Of a stretch of 38,210 nt of DNA, positions 1-13,200 are shown piece by piece. Each line of letters starts with the position of its first letter. The stretch's first letter is position 1. This stretch comes from Hyphochytrium catenoides. Taxonomy: Eukaryota > Protista > Hyphochytriomycota. The position numbers and the translations under genes are program-made. Under the pieces are notes generated by a model that was not told the origin of the DNA, did no database searches, and was given only the letters and a program-made list of their open reading frames with translations. Location of the stretch: NCBI GenBank assembly GCA_900088475.1, contig FLMG01000032.1, forward strand, positions 1-38,210. The letters run 5' to 3'.

Positions 1-3000
1 TGGCGTCAGTCCGATCTATTCTTTAAGGAGGAAAAGGATATTCGAGCCCCTTGGGAAGGCCCGTCGCCTCGAATCCTGTTAGAGAAGGAGGTGTTCGCCC
101 TTACCTGGACGAAAAATTTGATGGTTGTGGCCGACAGAGAGTGGAAGGTCTTCCTGCGCAACCGCGTTTTCGTCTTTATGGAGCTATTCTTAGTTGTTTT
201 TGCTGGACTTCTGTACGGCATTGGCCCGTCGTCATTGTTGGGGTGCTCTTCCTTGGGCTGATGTTTGCCTCTATGGGACAGGCCTCTCAACTGGCAAACA
301 TGTTTGACCAACGGGAGGTGTTTTACAAGCAGCGGCAGATGAACATGATGCGCTCGAGCAACTACGTCTTTGCATGCATGTCAGTAACCCAGATTCCGAT
401 GGCCATGCTGAAGGCTCTAGTCTTTGGGAACATTCTCTATTGGCTAGTGGGCTTTCAAGCAGACGTGGCGTGCTATCTCTACTTTATAGCGATGCTGCTG
501 GTGATGAATGTGACACTGTCACAGTACTTCTTTTTCATATCGTGCGCTTTTCCCAGCCTCACGGCTGCTATGCCTCTGGTGTTCCTGTCAATCCTACTCT
601 TCGTCATGTTCAGTGGCTTTACCATGGCCAAGAACCTGGTACCGGATGGGTGGATCTGGATGTACTACCTGTCACCGATTCAGTGGAGCACTACAGGCCT
701 TGTCTTAAGTCAGTACAAGTCTGAGGGAATGCAACTTTGTGAGCTGGACGGCATTGACTATTGTGCCGCCTTTCACGACTACGCAGGAAATGTCTTTCTG
801 AGACGCATGGGCTTCCCGACAGACGCCAAACTGCGATGGATCGCCTTCATCGTTTTGCTGGGACTGTACCTCTTGTTCGGCACTTTAGCAACACTGGCTC
901 TAGAGTATCTACGACACGCGCCACCCATCTCTCTTAGTGAGGACGCTGAAGGGCTGGAAGAGGCTGAGAAGCAGAAGCAGACCAAGCGCTTTGTGGTAGC
1001 TCCGCAAGTGACGCCTATAAGTTCTGCATTTAGCGCACCAAGCAAAAGCGGAACAACCCAAGACGCCAAGAGGACTGACGATATTATGATCAAGGAGGAC
1101 GAGATAGACCCCAATAAACGGAACAGGCAGGCCATGTTTACGCCCGCGACGCTTAGCTTCAAGGACCTCTGGTACACTGTTAAGGTCAAGACTTCTGCCG
1201 GCCGTTTCTCGGAGGTGGATTTACTTAAGGGCGTGAGTGGGTGCATGAAGCCAGGCACAATGACAGCGCTTATGGGCTCAAGTGGAGCTGGAAAAACTAC
1301 TCTGCTCGACGTCATCGCCTCACGTAAGACTTCCGGGATCATTCGGGGTGATATCTTGATAAACGGCATCCGAGCAGACAGCAAAACCATTCGAAGATGT
1401 ACAGGTTATTGTGAGCAGACGGATATCCACGCCCCAACCATGACTATCCATGAAGCCCTCATCTTCAGTGCCAAGCTTCGGCAAGACAGGTATCTTCGAC
1501 TTGAGGAAAAAATGCGCTCGGTGCAGGAAGCCATCGTACTGCTAGAGTTCCAGGATATCCTGGACTTTGAAGTACGCGCCCTCTCTCCTGAGCAGTCTAA
1601 GCGCCTTACCATTGGCGTTGAGCTGGTAGCAAACCCTGCTATATTGTTCTTGGATGAACCAACGAGTGGACTGGATGCCCGTGCTGCATTTACCATCATG
1701 AAAGGGGTCCGTAATGTTGCTTCAGCGAACCGGACGGTGGTCTGTACTATCCATCAGCCCAGCAGCAATGTCTTCTTCCTATTTGACAGTCTCTTACTGT
1801 TGCGCCGCGGAGGCTCAATGGTATACTTCGGGGCCATTGGAGAGAATGGAAGGTGCTTGATTGACTACCTTGAGGGAATCCCAGGGACTCCTAGCATAAA
1901 GCCTGGCTACAACCCTGCCACTTACATGCTCGAAGTAATTGGGGCAGGCGTGGGCGGTGGCGACAACTCTGGACGACCGGACTACGCGGTTGAATGGACC
2001 AAAAGTCCTGAGAAGCACGAACTGGATGAGGAGCTACGGAGAACTGAGTCCAGGTCATCAGCATCGACAGCAACTGGATCTTCTGGTCATGAAAGCTCCA
2101 AGAAGATCGAGATTAGGGTGAATGCAGCAGCTGCCCCTTCTACCCAGTTCATAGAGCTGTTGAAGAGATTCCTTCGCCTGCACTGGCGAAGTCCACAGTA
2201 TCACTTGCCGCGCTTTTTCGTCTCCGCAATTTTTGCAGCCATCTTTGCAAGCCTGTACGGAGGAACGAACTATCGCAGCTATCAAGGCGCTCTGTCTGGC
2301 AATGGGATGATATATCTTACCTTTTACTTCCTTGCACTGACAATGTTCAACAGCGCTAAGCCTATCATCTATGCAGAAAGGGCCGCTTTCTATCGGGAGC
2401 AGGCATCACGGAGCTATTCCTCGTTCTACTGGTGGCTCTGTCTCTTCGTTACTGAGATCCCTGGATTGTTTGTCTACAACCTGGTCTACCTCGTGATCTT
2501 CTTCCCCAGCGTCGGATTTGTTGGGGTTGAGAACTTCTTCCTCTATTGGTTAACTCAGAGCCTCTTCTCTGTGGCGATGGTGGCCTTTGCGCAGTTACTC
2601 ATCGGGATATTGCCCAATATTGCGGTTGCGGCCGTCTGTGGCACCTTGATTAACATGTTTTTGGGGACCTTTTCTGGCTTCAACCCACCAACAGAGAACA
2701 TCCCTCGTTACCTGCGGTGGCTGATGACCATCATGCCCTCTCGCTATGCCTTTTCGGGCCTTGTTGCTGTCACATTGACCTATTGCTCTCCGGAAGGGGA
2801 AGGAGTTGGATGCTTGGAAGTATGTACAAAGGCGCAGATTGATGCCAAAGAGTGCGTGGCACAACCGCTTCTGATCGACGGACAGCTAACAATGGAATAC
2901 AAGGTGCATCAACTGATGGAGGTCTCCTATGGAATCTATTACGCCGATAGGTTAGTCCTGCAACTGTTGCTTTGCTTGCAAGCTCGTCTCAGCTAGCGAT

Positions 3001-3147
3001 GATTGCTTCTCTTTTTGTTTTTGACCAAAAAGCTAACAATTTCCTGTCAACAGGTATGTCTATGCTTGTTACTTGCTGATCTTTGTTGGAGCGTATGGCC
3101 TCGCAAGCGCCCTTGTCTATCGCTATATCAACTGGACCGTAAGGTAG
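1..3147 (+). CDS. PDR-type (full-size ABCG) transporter, 5'-truncated by the window edge (TMD1-NBD2-TMD2 present), with an apparent frameshift near nt 222
   Basis: NBD2 has Walker A GSSGAGKTT, the PDR-type degenerate signature EQSKRLTIGVEL, Walker B ILFLDEPTSGLD and the H-loop CTIHQP. Both TMDs carry the expected motifs (REVFYKQR, ERAAFYREQ). One intron at 2951-3053 (GTTAGT..CAG) gives the C-terminus ...YRYINWTVR*, stop 3145-3147. Nt 1-222 read as TMD1 in frame 1, and the rest reads in frame 3. Confidence 0.93.
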
Positions 3148-3929
3148 CCTGTGGAGCCAAGACCTTACAAACATATAAGCAGGAAAGGATCTAAGCTAAG
3201 CAGTTCAGACTCAGTAGAGATTGACCGGTCGTAGTACACCAGCGAGGCAATGTAGACTCACAAAGGAAAGCATTGTCCGTCAGAAGGTCTAACTATGATA
3301 TTAACAGACAAGCTCATCTTGCCGTCTATCCTTTTATCCTCGTGGTCTCTGACGGCGGTCAAGCAGAAGCCATAAAGTTGTGCATCTGGGGACCCGCCGT
3401 CTTCAGTATAGGGAAGGATAACAAATATTATTCGCCACAGAAAGAGTAAATGTAGTCTAACTTTTCGGTCCCGAGGTGCATGATCAGACCAATGACTCTA
3501 GTCTTTCGGGACTCGTGGTCACGAGCCTTATACTATTTCTCCTGCTGCTTCGGCTTTTCTTTTTTGAGTAATGAGGTGCAGGGCACGTTCTTCCAGCTCC
3601 GTTCCAAACTGCTACCACTACTTTCACCATCTTTCTATCCCTTTCATGCTGCGTAGCAATGAGTTAGTTTCGGGAAGAGGGTCTAGGGCATAATTGAGCA
3701 GCGCAATGCCCTGTCTTCCCCCGTTAAAATGACTGGATTAGACCCAAATAGACCAGCTGCTTTGGGAGAGGAAAGACATCGTCCCGGATTGAATCTTTGA
3801 ATCAGAGGAGCGACCTGAGACCTTGTACGTGGTATACTTCTTCTTCGCTACTCAAGGGCTGGAACAACCGGTGATGATGATAGCAGAGAGAGGTCCGACA
3901 CAGGAGGGCCATCTTCGGCACAACTTTTT

Positions 3930-6900
3930 CTATTGATCGCCTTGATCTCCCTCTGCAAAAGCCCAAGACTTCTTGAGTTTCCCGTAGACCTTGATCAGCT
4001 CCACCTTCATGACCAGCGTGGCCATAGCAGGTATTCGAGGGGGAAAGCCCATGGCACCATATCCCAACGCTGGCAGCACGAACCAGAGCGATAATTATGA
4101 AAGATTGGAAGGAGAGAAAAGAGAGAGGGGAAAAACCGAAGGTGGGAAGAGAGAGAGAGAGGGAGACGTGGAGTCGGAAGCAGTAAGCTGACAGTAAGTG
4201 CACCACGAAAAGCAACAACTTCGACCCAATGTCTCTGTAGGAAAAGGTAAGAACAAACACTCAAGAGAAGCACGCCTCTTGTTCGGGTTAAGGCTACCCG
4301 TTTACCTGGACTGCACCGAATCTTGGCTGTTTCTCCTTCTGTCATACGCAGAAGACCACGCTCAAAGCCTGGGATGGTGAAGGCCTCGCCCAGCTCAAGA
4401 TCAAACGCTCTCCCTCTTTGCCGCGTAGACTCTATGACAGTTCCGTTCTCCAGCTGCGGCGGGAGGATGGACAGAGAAGACAAAGATAGACACTGAGATG
4501 GCAGACAGTGGCAGCTCAATAGAGCTATTAGGAAGCCTGTTCGGCAGTAAAAGAACGTGGGAAGAATGATGCTAAGTTTATCAAACAACAGTAGAGCTTG
4601 CAAGGAATGTGAAGATGAAGAATCGTTAGGCTGATAGCTAGGGCTGCATACACTGATCTCATAGTGGACTCGAATGTGATCTCCTTTGTTGACGAAGGTC
4701 TTTCCATCCCTAAAGCGGCAGGCCCGAGAGAAGATACGGAGTGCGAGGGAGGACCCAGTATTAGGGGATATTCAGCAAAGCAGCATTCTCTTGATGTACC
4801 ACGAAGATCGTCATAGGAAAGGGGATGGATACCGAAGAGAAAGAGACTCAGAGACAGACAAAACGACTATCAGAAGAAGAATAGGATAAGCTCAGTAGCC
4901 CGTACCCTGGGTGTAGGGTGGTGACCTCGAGTCCTTCTATCTCTCTATAGCGCTCCTGTTTCACCACTTGAGCTTCTTTCTCTCTCTCATTTAAGAGGCG
5001 CAAGTCGTCTTGGAGCTGCTTTTCCCTCATTTCCTGCTGCCTTCGCTGAAGCTGTTGTTGCTTTTCAAACCGCTCTTTGGCAGCCAGCTCTGCCTGTTTC
5101 CACCACCTTTCCATAATGGGAAAGAGAGAGAGAAAACATATGAGAGAGAAATGATATGGTACAAAGAGAGATGGAACCCCTATTAGATTCATCTTTCTTT
5201 TTGTCATCTACGGCTTTTTATCACCAAGACCACAATAGACCCGGCCTACGTACTTTAGAGCGCTCTCGCCGAGGTTTTTGAGCACGTCTCCTATTCCCGA
5301 CAATAGGCCCATTAGGATCGCCTTGCTCATTAGGGCAGCTAGGGCTAGGGGAGAGGTAGATGGTTAGGCGTGCGAAGAGGAGAGGAACGGAAAGATAGCA
5401 AGAAGAGACAGGTGTCAAGAGGCAAGAAGAGAAAGAGGGGTAGATCAAAGGAGTGCAGGGAAGAGAAAGAAGAGAGAGAGAGAGAGAGAGAGAGAGTGCA
5501 ACAGAAACTAGAGAAGGAGTAAGTAGAATTTCAAAAAGAGCATTGGTCTTACCCCCACCGCTATTGGACTTCATGCTGATGATGATTCTCAGAAACTAGG
5601 GAAATAGGATGCGTCATGGCTCGTTCATATGGCTCCACTGGCTAGCCTCTTCTCATCATCTCATTGATTCTCTGACCCTAATAAGCCCTTCTTCCTCCCT
5701 ACTCTATGCGCTCTCCCTTGCCTGACCTCGGTAAAGTCGATGCTTCCATTGCCGTCATCGTCTGCTTCGGCGATCATCTGCTTCAACTCCTCTTCTGAAG
5801 CCTTCAGGCCCATCATCTGGACCAGCTTGCTCAGCTCTGGGAGATCAATTTCTCCACTGCCATCTTCATCCAGCTGACCAAAGCGAGACACGACGATTAA
5901 AGATAGATATGGAAAAATAAGAGAGAGGGGAGAGAAAGAGAGGGATAGAAAGAGGACTGACCCCTAAGTGTGAAATAGAAAAACGGCCGCAAAGTGAAGC
6001 TAAGATAGGTAGGAGGAAGCATGGATAGAAGTAACAGACAACAGACCTAGGACGCACGAGGGGAGGAGACTTCGAGATGTTGCTGGAGGAAACAGAACGT
6101 TCTGCTAGAGAAATAAGCAGCAGCAGCTTGTTGTGCAAAGCGGATCTGGGATCAAACCTGCTTAAATTGCTTCTGTATATTCAGTGCCTCGTCAGGCTTC
6201 ATCAACGCGAGCAGCTCCAGGCGTGGCTTGATCGCGTCATAGCTCGCCTCTACTTCTTGACAGAATCTGCTGAACTCAACCACACGACGGTTCTCCTCGA
6301 AGGATGTTGAGTCTAAGTAATAGCCATATCAGTGCATCGTAGAGGAGGTACGCGGTGGGGAACAGCGAGAGAGGTAAGCAACATCATAAAAGGGGTGATA
6401 TAGTCTAAAGAGGCAAGAGAGACGATGTCAAAGAAGGAGGAAGAAGAGCATTTAGGGCTGAAGAGAGAGAAGAAAGAACGGCCAGGTAGACTGAACCCAC
6501 CAAGCGCTGAAAATGTGTCCTCTTCGCAGAGAAGGAGGAGTGCAGCCTTAAGATCTGCGCCAGAGATATATCCCTTAGCTTTCCCGTCCATCTGATGACC
6601 CAAACGACAACGGATTTGAATGCAGCAACAATAATAATAGAAGAAAGCAATGAGATGGATGCACATCGGAGAGGAAGAAGAGTGACAAAGCCATGTACAG
6701 GTTAGTGACGGCAGAAGAAACAGAGAGAGACGCTGGAGAGAGGTGCGAGAAAAAGGATTGAAATGCAAAGTAAGAAACTCCTTGAGGAGAAGAGAAATGC
6801 GTTCGGATGGAGAATTCTGACAGGCCGACCTAACTGCCCGAACCAGCGGTGTAGAGACATGAACGACATAGCTAAGTGTTAGAGCAATTACCAGGGTAAA

Positions 6901-8840
6901 GAGTCCCTTGAGGAAAGCACGCTCCTCTGCCGGCATTTGGGAAGGACCTTGATTCACAAAGGACGTTAGTTGGATGATTAGAGAGTTTGCAGCAGCCCGG
7001 CGAACACTCCTGAGAATGGTCAGTCTTGTCGAACGCTCTAAGAAAGTAGAAGAACCATGCATCACATGCCAAGGGACCAAAGCCGAGACGAAGATTGAGG
7101 GAAAGAAAGAGGAGGGATGAAGAGAGACAAGCGAGAGAGGCCCCTGAAGCAGAAGTAATTGTAGTGATTGAACAATAGGAGCAAGCAAGCACTCTCGAAG
7201 CGGAAGGCCAAAAGTTGAGGGAAGAGAAGAGAAGTATGAGGTTTGAGGAGCAGACAGCTGTGATGTTGGCATGATCATGCTGTGTAGAGATAGACTGAGG
7301 CATGCAGAGAAGAGGATCGAGGGTGGCGCAGCGCAGAAGATCTGACGCCAGGGTTCAGGGCGGAGACAACCTGGGAAACCTTCCAAGACAGAGAGACTGA
7401 CCTTTCTTTTGATTTCGCCGAAGGTTTTCCCATACAAGCACAATTTCTCCAAATGACAGCCCTCCATCTACTTCTCTTGGCCTTATCCTGAGCTCACTCT
7501 CAGCCTCGATGAGCTGGGAGAGAGAGCAGGGGCACTCCAGCCTCTGGAACAGCTCTATGACTTTATTCTCACTGAGATGGCCAGCCTTGAGGACGTCAAG
7601 GGTATCATACACTTCTCGGCAGCGCTGTAACATTGCCTTGTTCTTCACAAGATCCTCCTCTTCTTCATCTTCTTCCTCGAACTGAGGAGTCTCGCTTCTA
7701 TCATGTCCCGCTTCTGGTTCTGTCTCGTCCTTGATATGATCCTCTTCCTCCTCCAATCCCACGACTCGTCCCTCCTCGTCCTGGCCTTCCTCCGCATGAG
7801 CGAGAGAGGCTGCCCTCTTCTCACTCTTGCTCTTGCTTTTTTCATTGTTCCGTTCGTCTGCTGAGCCTCTGGTGCTGCTGTGTGACCTTCTTGATTGAGA
7901 GCCACGTTCCGCGAGGCTGCTGACCCCCTTGGACACCTCATCACCCTCCTCGGCGCCTTCCTTCTCGCCCTTACTTGGCTCTTCTGATGGTCGGGGCATC
8001 GCTGTGGCTCCTCCTCCTGAAGAAGGAGAAGCAGTCTCTCCTCCTAAAGGGTGAGAAGAAGAGGAATGCACTGACTGCTTATCCTTTGCTGGAGGGCGCA
8101 CATCTATAGACTCTGCCACTTGTTGTTCTTCGGCAGCTCCTTTTCGGTCCTCCTTCTCACTCTGGCTCACGATGGCCAGACTATCATCCGGTCTTTGAGC
8201 AGCGGAAGGAGAAGATAGCAACAAGGAGGAGGAGGAGGAGGAGGAGGAGGAAGGAGGTAGAGAAGAAGGAGGAGGAGGATGCCGAGGACGTCCTTTAGGA
8301 TCCTGGTTCTCTCTATACTGCTGCGCTCGCATAAAGCTTTTGGGAGCTTCCCAGCTCGATACCCCTGTCCTCCTATTATAATAGTAGTATACGCCTTCGC
8401 GGACACCAAACAGTGTTAGCACAATGGATAGAGAGCAAAGGAAACAATTGAAGATGGAGGGCGAGACGACCAACAGGAGAGACGAACACGGTGAAGCTCG
8501 CTTTCGTGGCAGAGGAGGCAACGGAAGGAGAATGAGTTAGGAGGGTAGCAGCGAATCAAGGACCTATCCGCCTCAGTCTCGGAAGAAAGAGAGACAACCC
8601 GTTGGAAGCGAGAGACTAGTAGCTGTAACATGTTTAGGGATACGATGGCCAAATTGGATGCCCAGCGAGGGGCTCTCTTATACCTGAATCTTCATCAAAG
8701 GCCTGCTGATAGACCTCAGAGGACAAGGCAAAGAGCTGCTTCTTGGCAATGACACCCCTCCAGCGCGCTTGAATCTTCGTAGCTGCAGTCCGCCGCCAGG
8801 TATTATTCGCCTGGTCGGTACCGAGGCCAGTCGTCTCCAT
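3930..8840 (-). CDS. IQ + WW + multi-EF-hand + C-terminal FKBP-type PPIase fusion protein (12 exons, about 789 aa)
   Basis: Exons are 8840-8684, 8394-7402, 7037-6892, 6591-6501, 6312-6158, 5873-5727, 5595-5553, 5344-5254, 5106-4906, 4709-4652, 4453-4306 and 4069-3930. All introns are GT-AG and phase-compatible. Domains: IQ AATKIQARWRG; WW QQAFDEDSG|VYYYYNRRTGVSSWEAP; EF loops DEDGSGEIDLPE and DDDGNGSIDFTE; FKBP GLEVTTLHPGDGKTF..GDHIRVHY..IPGFERGL..LGYG..IPAMATLVMKVELI. Confidence 0.88.
5471..5496. repeat. (AG)n microsatellite in intron 7 of the FKBP-fusion gene
   Basis: A perfect AG dinucleotide run is visible in the sequence. Confidence 0.9.
8225..8280. repeat. (GGA)n-rich repeat encoding a poly-Pro/Ser linker on the minus strand
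   Basis: The ggaggagg... run translates to PPPPSSLPPSSSSSSSS in exon 2. Confidence 0.85.
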
Positions 8841-9185
8841 TCTTATCTCTCCCAGTGCTACTTATGCACGTACGGAAGGGTAAAACTGTCTCTTTGCTTT
8901 GTCACGTTTCGGGAAGAGAGCGCGCATCATGGTACTGGTTGCTTGGCGGCTTGTTGTTGACAAGAAGAGGAAGTGCTGGATAAAGAAAGACTGCGAACAC
9001 TGTGATAATCTCCTTCTTCGTCGCTATGTCACGAACGAGAGGAGGAAGAGGGCCGAGAAACAAAGGATGTAAGACCCGCTTCCTTCCTCGGCACCTTGTC
9101 TTCCTCTTCTTCGTCCTCCTGTTTGCTCGTGGTCCTCCTTTGAGTCCACTGGCTACCGCCAGGGGCCTACCACCAACATCCAGGT

Positions 9186-9420
9186 CTTCTCTCTGCCTCT
9201 GTCTTTCGCTCTGTTTCTGTCGGTGGCGTCTCTGTGTCTGTCTGTCTTCCTTCCTTCTGTCTCTGGCTGCCTTCTTCCGTGTCCCGTCCGGTCTGCCCGT
9301 CTTCCTCCTTGTCTGGAACTCTGTGCGTCTGTCTGTCTCTCTGTGTTCTCTGTCTTGGTGTTTCTCTTCTCCTGTCTAGCTTTGCCTATATCTCTATCTC
9401 GCTCTGTCTCCTGTCATCCT
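9186..9420. repeat. CT/CTGT-rich low-complexity pyrimidine tract in the divergent intergenic region
   Basis: Degenerate tctgtc/tctctc repeats. The overlapping ORFs here are low-complexity artefacts. Confidence 0.75.
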
Positions 9421-9472
9421 CGGTGCATGATGTCAGATGGCCCCCACTAGGGAAGCGAAACGCTCAATTGAG

Positions 9473-9480
9473 CCGCTAAC
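9473..9480 (+). promoter_or_regulatory. CCGCTAAC motif in the divergent FKBP-fusion/LRR intergenic region
   Basis: Exact copy of an 8-mer that recurs upstream of most genes in the window. Confidence 0.4.
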
Positions 9481-10219
9481 ACCTAGAGGTGGATGGGCGT
9501 CCCAACATAAGCAAGGCGTATACCCATTTGTAGCCTCTTCAATGGTGTGGGTGGGTTGCAATAACTTTAGTATCAAAGACCATTTATGGATAACTAATCA
9601 GAGCTCGTCTGGTAGTTATCATATTCGTCCCGTAACTACTGTTTTAGCTGATCACCGGCCGCCCAGCAGCAGCAGCAGCAGCAGCGGCAGCAATGCCGCG
9701 AGGACGTGGTGAGCAGCAGTGAGCCATCAGCATCAGGGCGCTGTTGGTTCAAAGCTATCAATAGCAGAGGCTCTCGGTTTCGAGGCAGCTGGTCAGGCTG
9801 CCCTAGGCTTAGTGCTCCAGCCCTAAACACCCTCAAGAAAGCTCACTTACGACCGTCCCATCTAAGTGTGACCGACGTTGCACTCTTCTTTCTCTCTGAT
9901 TGACCATAGAGACCGTTGCTGACGTGCTACAGGCTGCAGCTGTTGCTGACCGGATGACTTCGAGTGACCGCTACAAGGTCCATGCACTGCGAACCTTAGC
10001 TCCTCTGCCATCACGCAGTGGACACGTGCGATAATAGCCTCCCATAGACGGAAGAAGGAAGAGGACACTCTCTATAATGGCGAGTGCTTGTTTCCTCTTG
10101 CTAGGCCGCGTCAGCAGCGCATCACTTCAGAGCCTAGCAGTGCAAGAAGCAGCCAGAGACTACACCTCTCTCCATAACAAGAATCTGTCCTTCCAGCCGA
10201 CAGACGGCAAAGAAGGCTG

Positions 10220-13200
10220 ATGACAAAAGACAGCATGCCAACGCGAAAAAGGAGGCGGTCGCAAAGTGGCCAAAGACTTCCAAAGTTCCAAAGCACCGTT
10301 GAGAGTGCGCACTGGACCTGGTACTCTGACTGGCAGCAGCGGGCCTGGGAGACATTAGACTACCAATGCAGTTACTCCCGCCTTCCTCTCTCTCTGTTCT
10401 TCTCCGATCTCCTCCTCAAAGAACCAAGATTAGAGCCTTTAGATCTCAGCTTCTGGCACTGCGGCGACTTAGAGTTATTGCAGCTGCTGAGCCTCCGTGG
10501 GCTGAACAAGAATCGTGTCCGAAACATTATCTTCCACGGCTCGTTTACAACGTTATCCGACGCTGGCTTAGCACATCTCAGTAACTTCTCTAACCTACAG
10601 ACTCTTCGCCTCCCATACTGCAGGCAGCTGACAGATGCAGCCATCATCTCTCTTCGGAATGTACTCTCTCATCTCACCCTCTTAGACCTCTCATATTTGT
10701 CGATAGGCGATGAAGGGTTAGAGTCCATAGCCCGGTACTGCCATCATCTTCGTCATCTAAATGTAAGCGGTACCGCCGTTAGTAGCCTCGGTCTGGGGAA
10801 ATTAGCTGCCGGGCAGAAGAAATTTAACTCTCTGCAAAGTCTATCCCTCAAGTATTGCAAAGGACTGAGTGATGAGGGAGTGGCCGAGCTCTTCGAGGGT
10901 GGGAAATTTCATAGCTTGACAGAGCTGAGTCTGGCACACTGTCCTCAACTCTCCGACCTCAGCTTCATAAGCGTTCCACCCAGAGCATCGGCTTCTCTCT
11001 CCCCGCGCCTTGGAAGCCAGCGCATTCATCAGCTGGTGTCTCTGGAGCTTCAGGGTCTGACCATCAACAGCTTGGGCATCGAGCCGCTTCTTAGGGCTTG
11101 CAGGTAAGCACCTCTAGTAGGGCTTTTCCACTAAGATGGTTAGCTCCAGTCGTCATCTATTCATGCTTTCATCTTTCTGCCCCAGCACCATTTCCTCACA
11201 ATAGTTTCTCCCTTCCGCAGTGCTCTCAATTTCCCGGTCTCCTGCGCTATCGCTTTGTCTCCCTTCTGTCCTACCGGCTTATCTCTCTCCTCCTCACACT
11301 CCCCGTCTGACTGGCACTCTGTTCCAAGGTCTCTGGTCCGATTAGATCTTTCATCCTGTCAAACTCTGGGAGACGAAGCACTGCACGCACTGGCTCAAGG
11401 CTGTGGAGCCCTAGAAGAATTTGATATCTCTAATAATGGGGAGATAACAGATGAAGGGTTTCTTTGCTTCCTCTCTCTGCCTTCATCTAAGACAGCGCTT
11501 AGAGTCTTGAACATCAGCTGCTGTTTTCTCTTAGGGGAGAAGTGCTTCACTGGACTGGGGCGCCACACTCCATCTCTTACTGAGATCTGCGCTCGAGGTC
11601 TGCCGCGGCTGAGTAACGCAGCCATTGAAGCTCTGACAGAAGGATGTAGACGGCTGGAGAAATGTGATATCGGAGGCGTACTTGAGGCGGTCGGAGGAAG
11701 CGCTTCAGCTTCCCTCTTGGAAGATGTGTATCTTTCAATGATTCCCGCTCGCTGTTCTCTCTTGCGCTCTGTCTCGTTCGACCTTATAAAGGTGAACCAA
11801 AGAACCATGACGAGCATAGCGAGACACCTTAGCTGTAAGTGTCTCTTGATTTGTGAGCTGCTTCACTGTCGTCAAACACACACGCACTCTCTCTGTCTCC
11901 CTGTCTTTCAGTCTCATCGGTTCGCCGTTCCTTGCTTTCCAACTATTCCGTGTCGCGCTGCTAGAACCCTGACCATCCTTGATGATTGCCCTTGGTGTTT
12001 TTCTAGGTCTCCAAGAACTCTCTCTTGCAGGGTGCTCACACGTGTTAGACTCTACGCTGCTGCTCCTAGTAAAGAACAGATCACTCCGGACAGAGAGTGA
12101 CCCAGAGAAAGGGCATGTTGCTTGCTCTCTCTCTTCTCTCACGAAGGTGGATCTTTCTCGATGCAAGAAGCTTACGAATGACGCCATTTCCATCTTCGTC
12201 GGGGCTCTTCCGAACCTGCGCACGCTACTTCTCAACGGTTGTACTTCTCTTGGAGACAAGGCATTGGAGGCGATAGCTCGGTCATGTCCTCGCCTCACGG
12301 CCCTAGGCATCTCGCGATGCGTCGAGATCAGCGACGACGGCGTGCTTAAGCTCCTTCTGACTCTTCCGGGTCTGAAACATCTCAATCTCAGCCACTGCTG
12401 TCGCATTAGCAGTGTCTTGGTTGAAGGGCTACGGAAGCGCTTTCCTCCTCCTGGTAGCTTCAGAGCAGGTAGCCCTGTGTGCCCTCTGAAGACGCTGCAG
12501 CTCGCGGGAACAGGGGTTATGGCGTCAGACGTGGCTCTCCTGGCTCCTTCTCTTCCGTATGCAAAGATAGAGGTGGCCACTGGAGGCGGGGGCTCCGTGA
12601 GCGCGGGCTGCAAGGTTTGTCCCCTCTCCAAAGAGGAGAAAAGACAAAGTCAATTCCTACTCCTTCGCCTGAGAGAGAGCCAGGCAGCCAGAACTATTCA
12701 GTGTGGCTACCGATGGCATAGAACAAGGCTGCGGATAGAAATTAGACGTCTCAAGAGAGAGAAAGAGCGAAAGGAAGCGCAGGAGCTAGCGCTAAGAAGA
12801 GAGACAGCAGCCATCCTCTTTCAAAATATTTATAGAGGTTGGAGAGAGCGAAGAGCATTTCGTCTAGCAGTGATGGAAAAGCGAGCAAGAGACCACCAAA
12901 AGACCGTGGAAGCTAGCCTTCGCCTGGTAGAGCTCGCAAGTCGGCTGTGGATTCGGTGGAGACGACAGCGTGAACGGGTTCTGGCATTCGAAAGGGAGCA
13001 GTTGGCCCAAGAGGTTAGACGACAAGAGTTAGCAGCGAGAGTTATACAGGCGCAGTGGAGGAGAAAAGCCTTTCTCCTTCTCATTGAAAATTCCATGGCG
13101 GTTCTGAAGAGAGGGTTAGGAGGAATCATCGCCTCACGCCGCGAAGTAAAACTCCATGAACTAGCGCAGCGTAGAGACAGCGCCGCTATAATACACAGAG

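Noticed and set aside
6313-7467. 384-aa ORF as an independent membrane protein
   Set aside because: It is mostly CT-rich intron sequence read through (Leu/Ser/Phe-rich) and contains only exons 3-4 of the FKBP-fusion gene.
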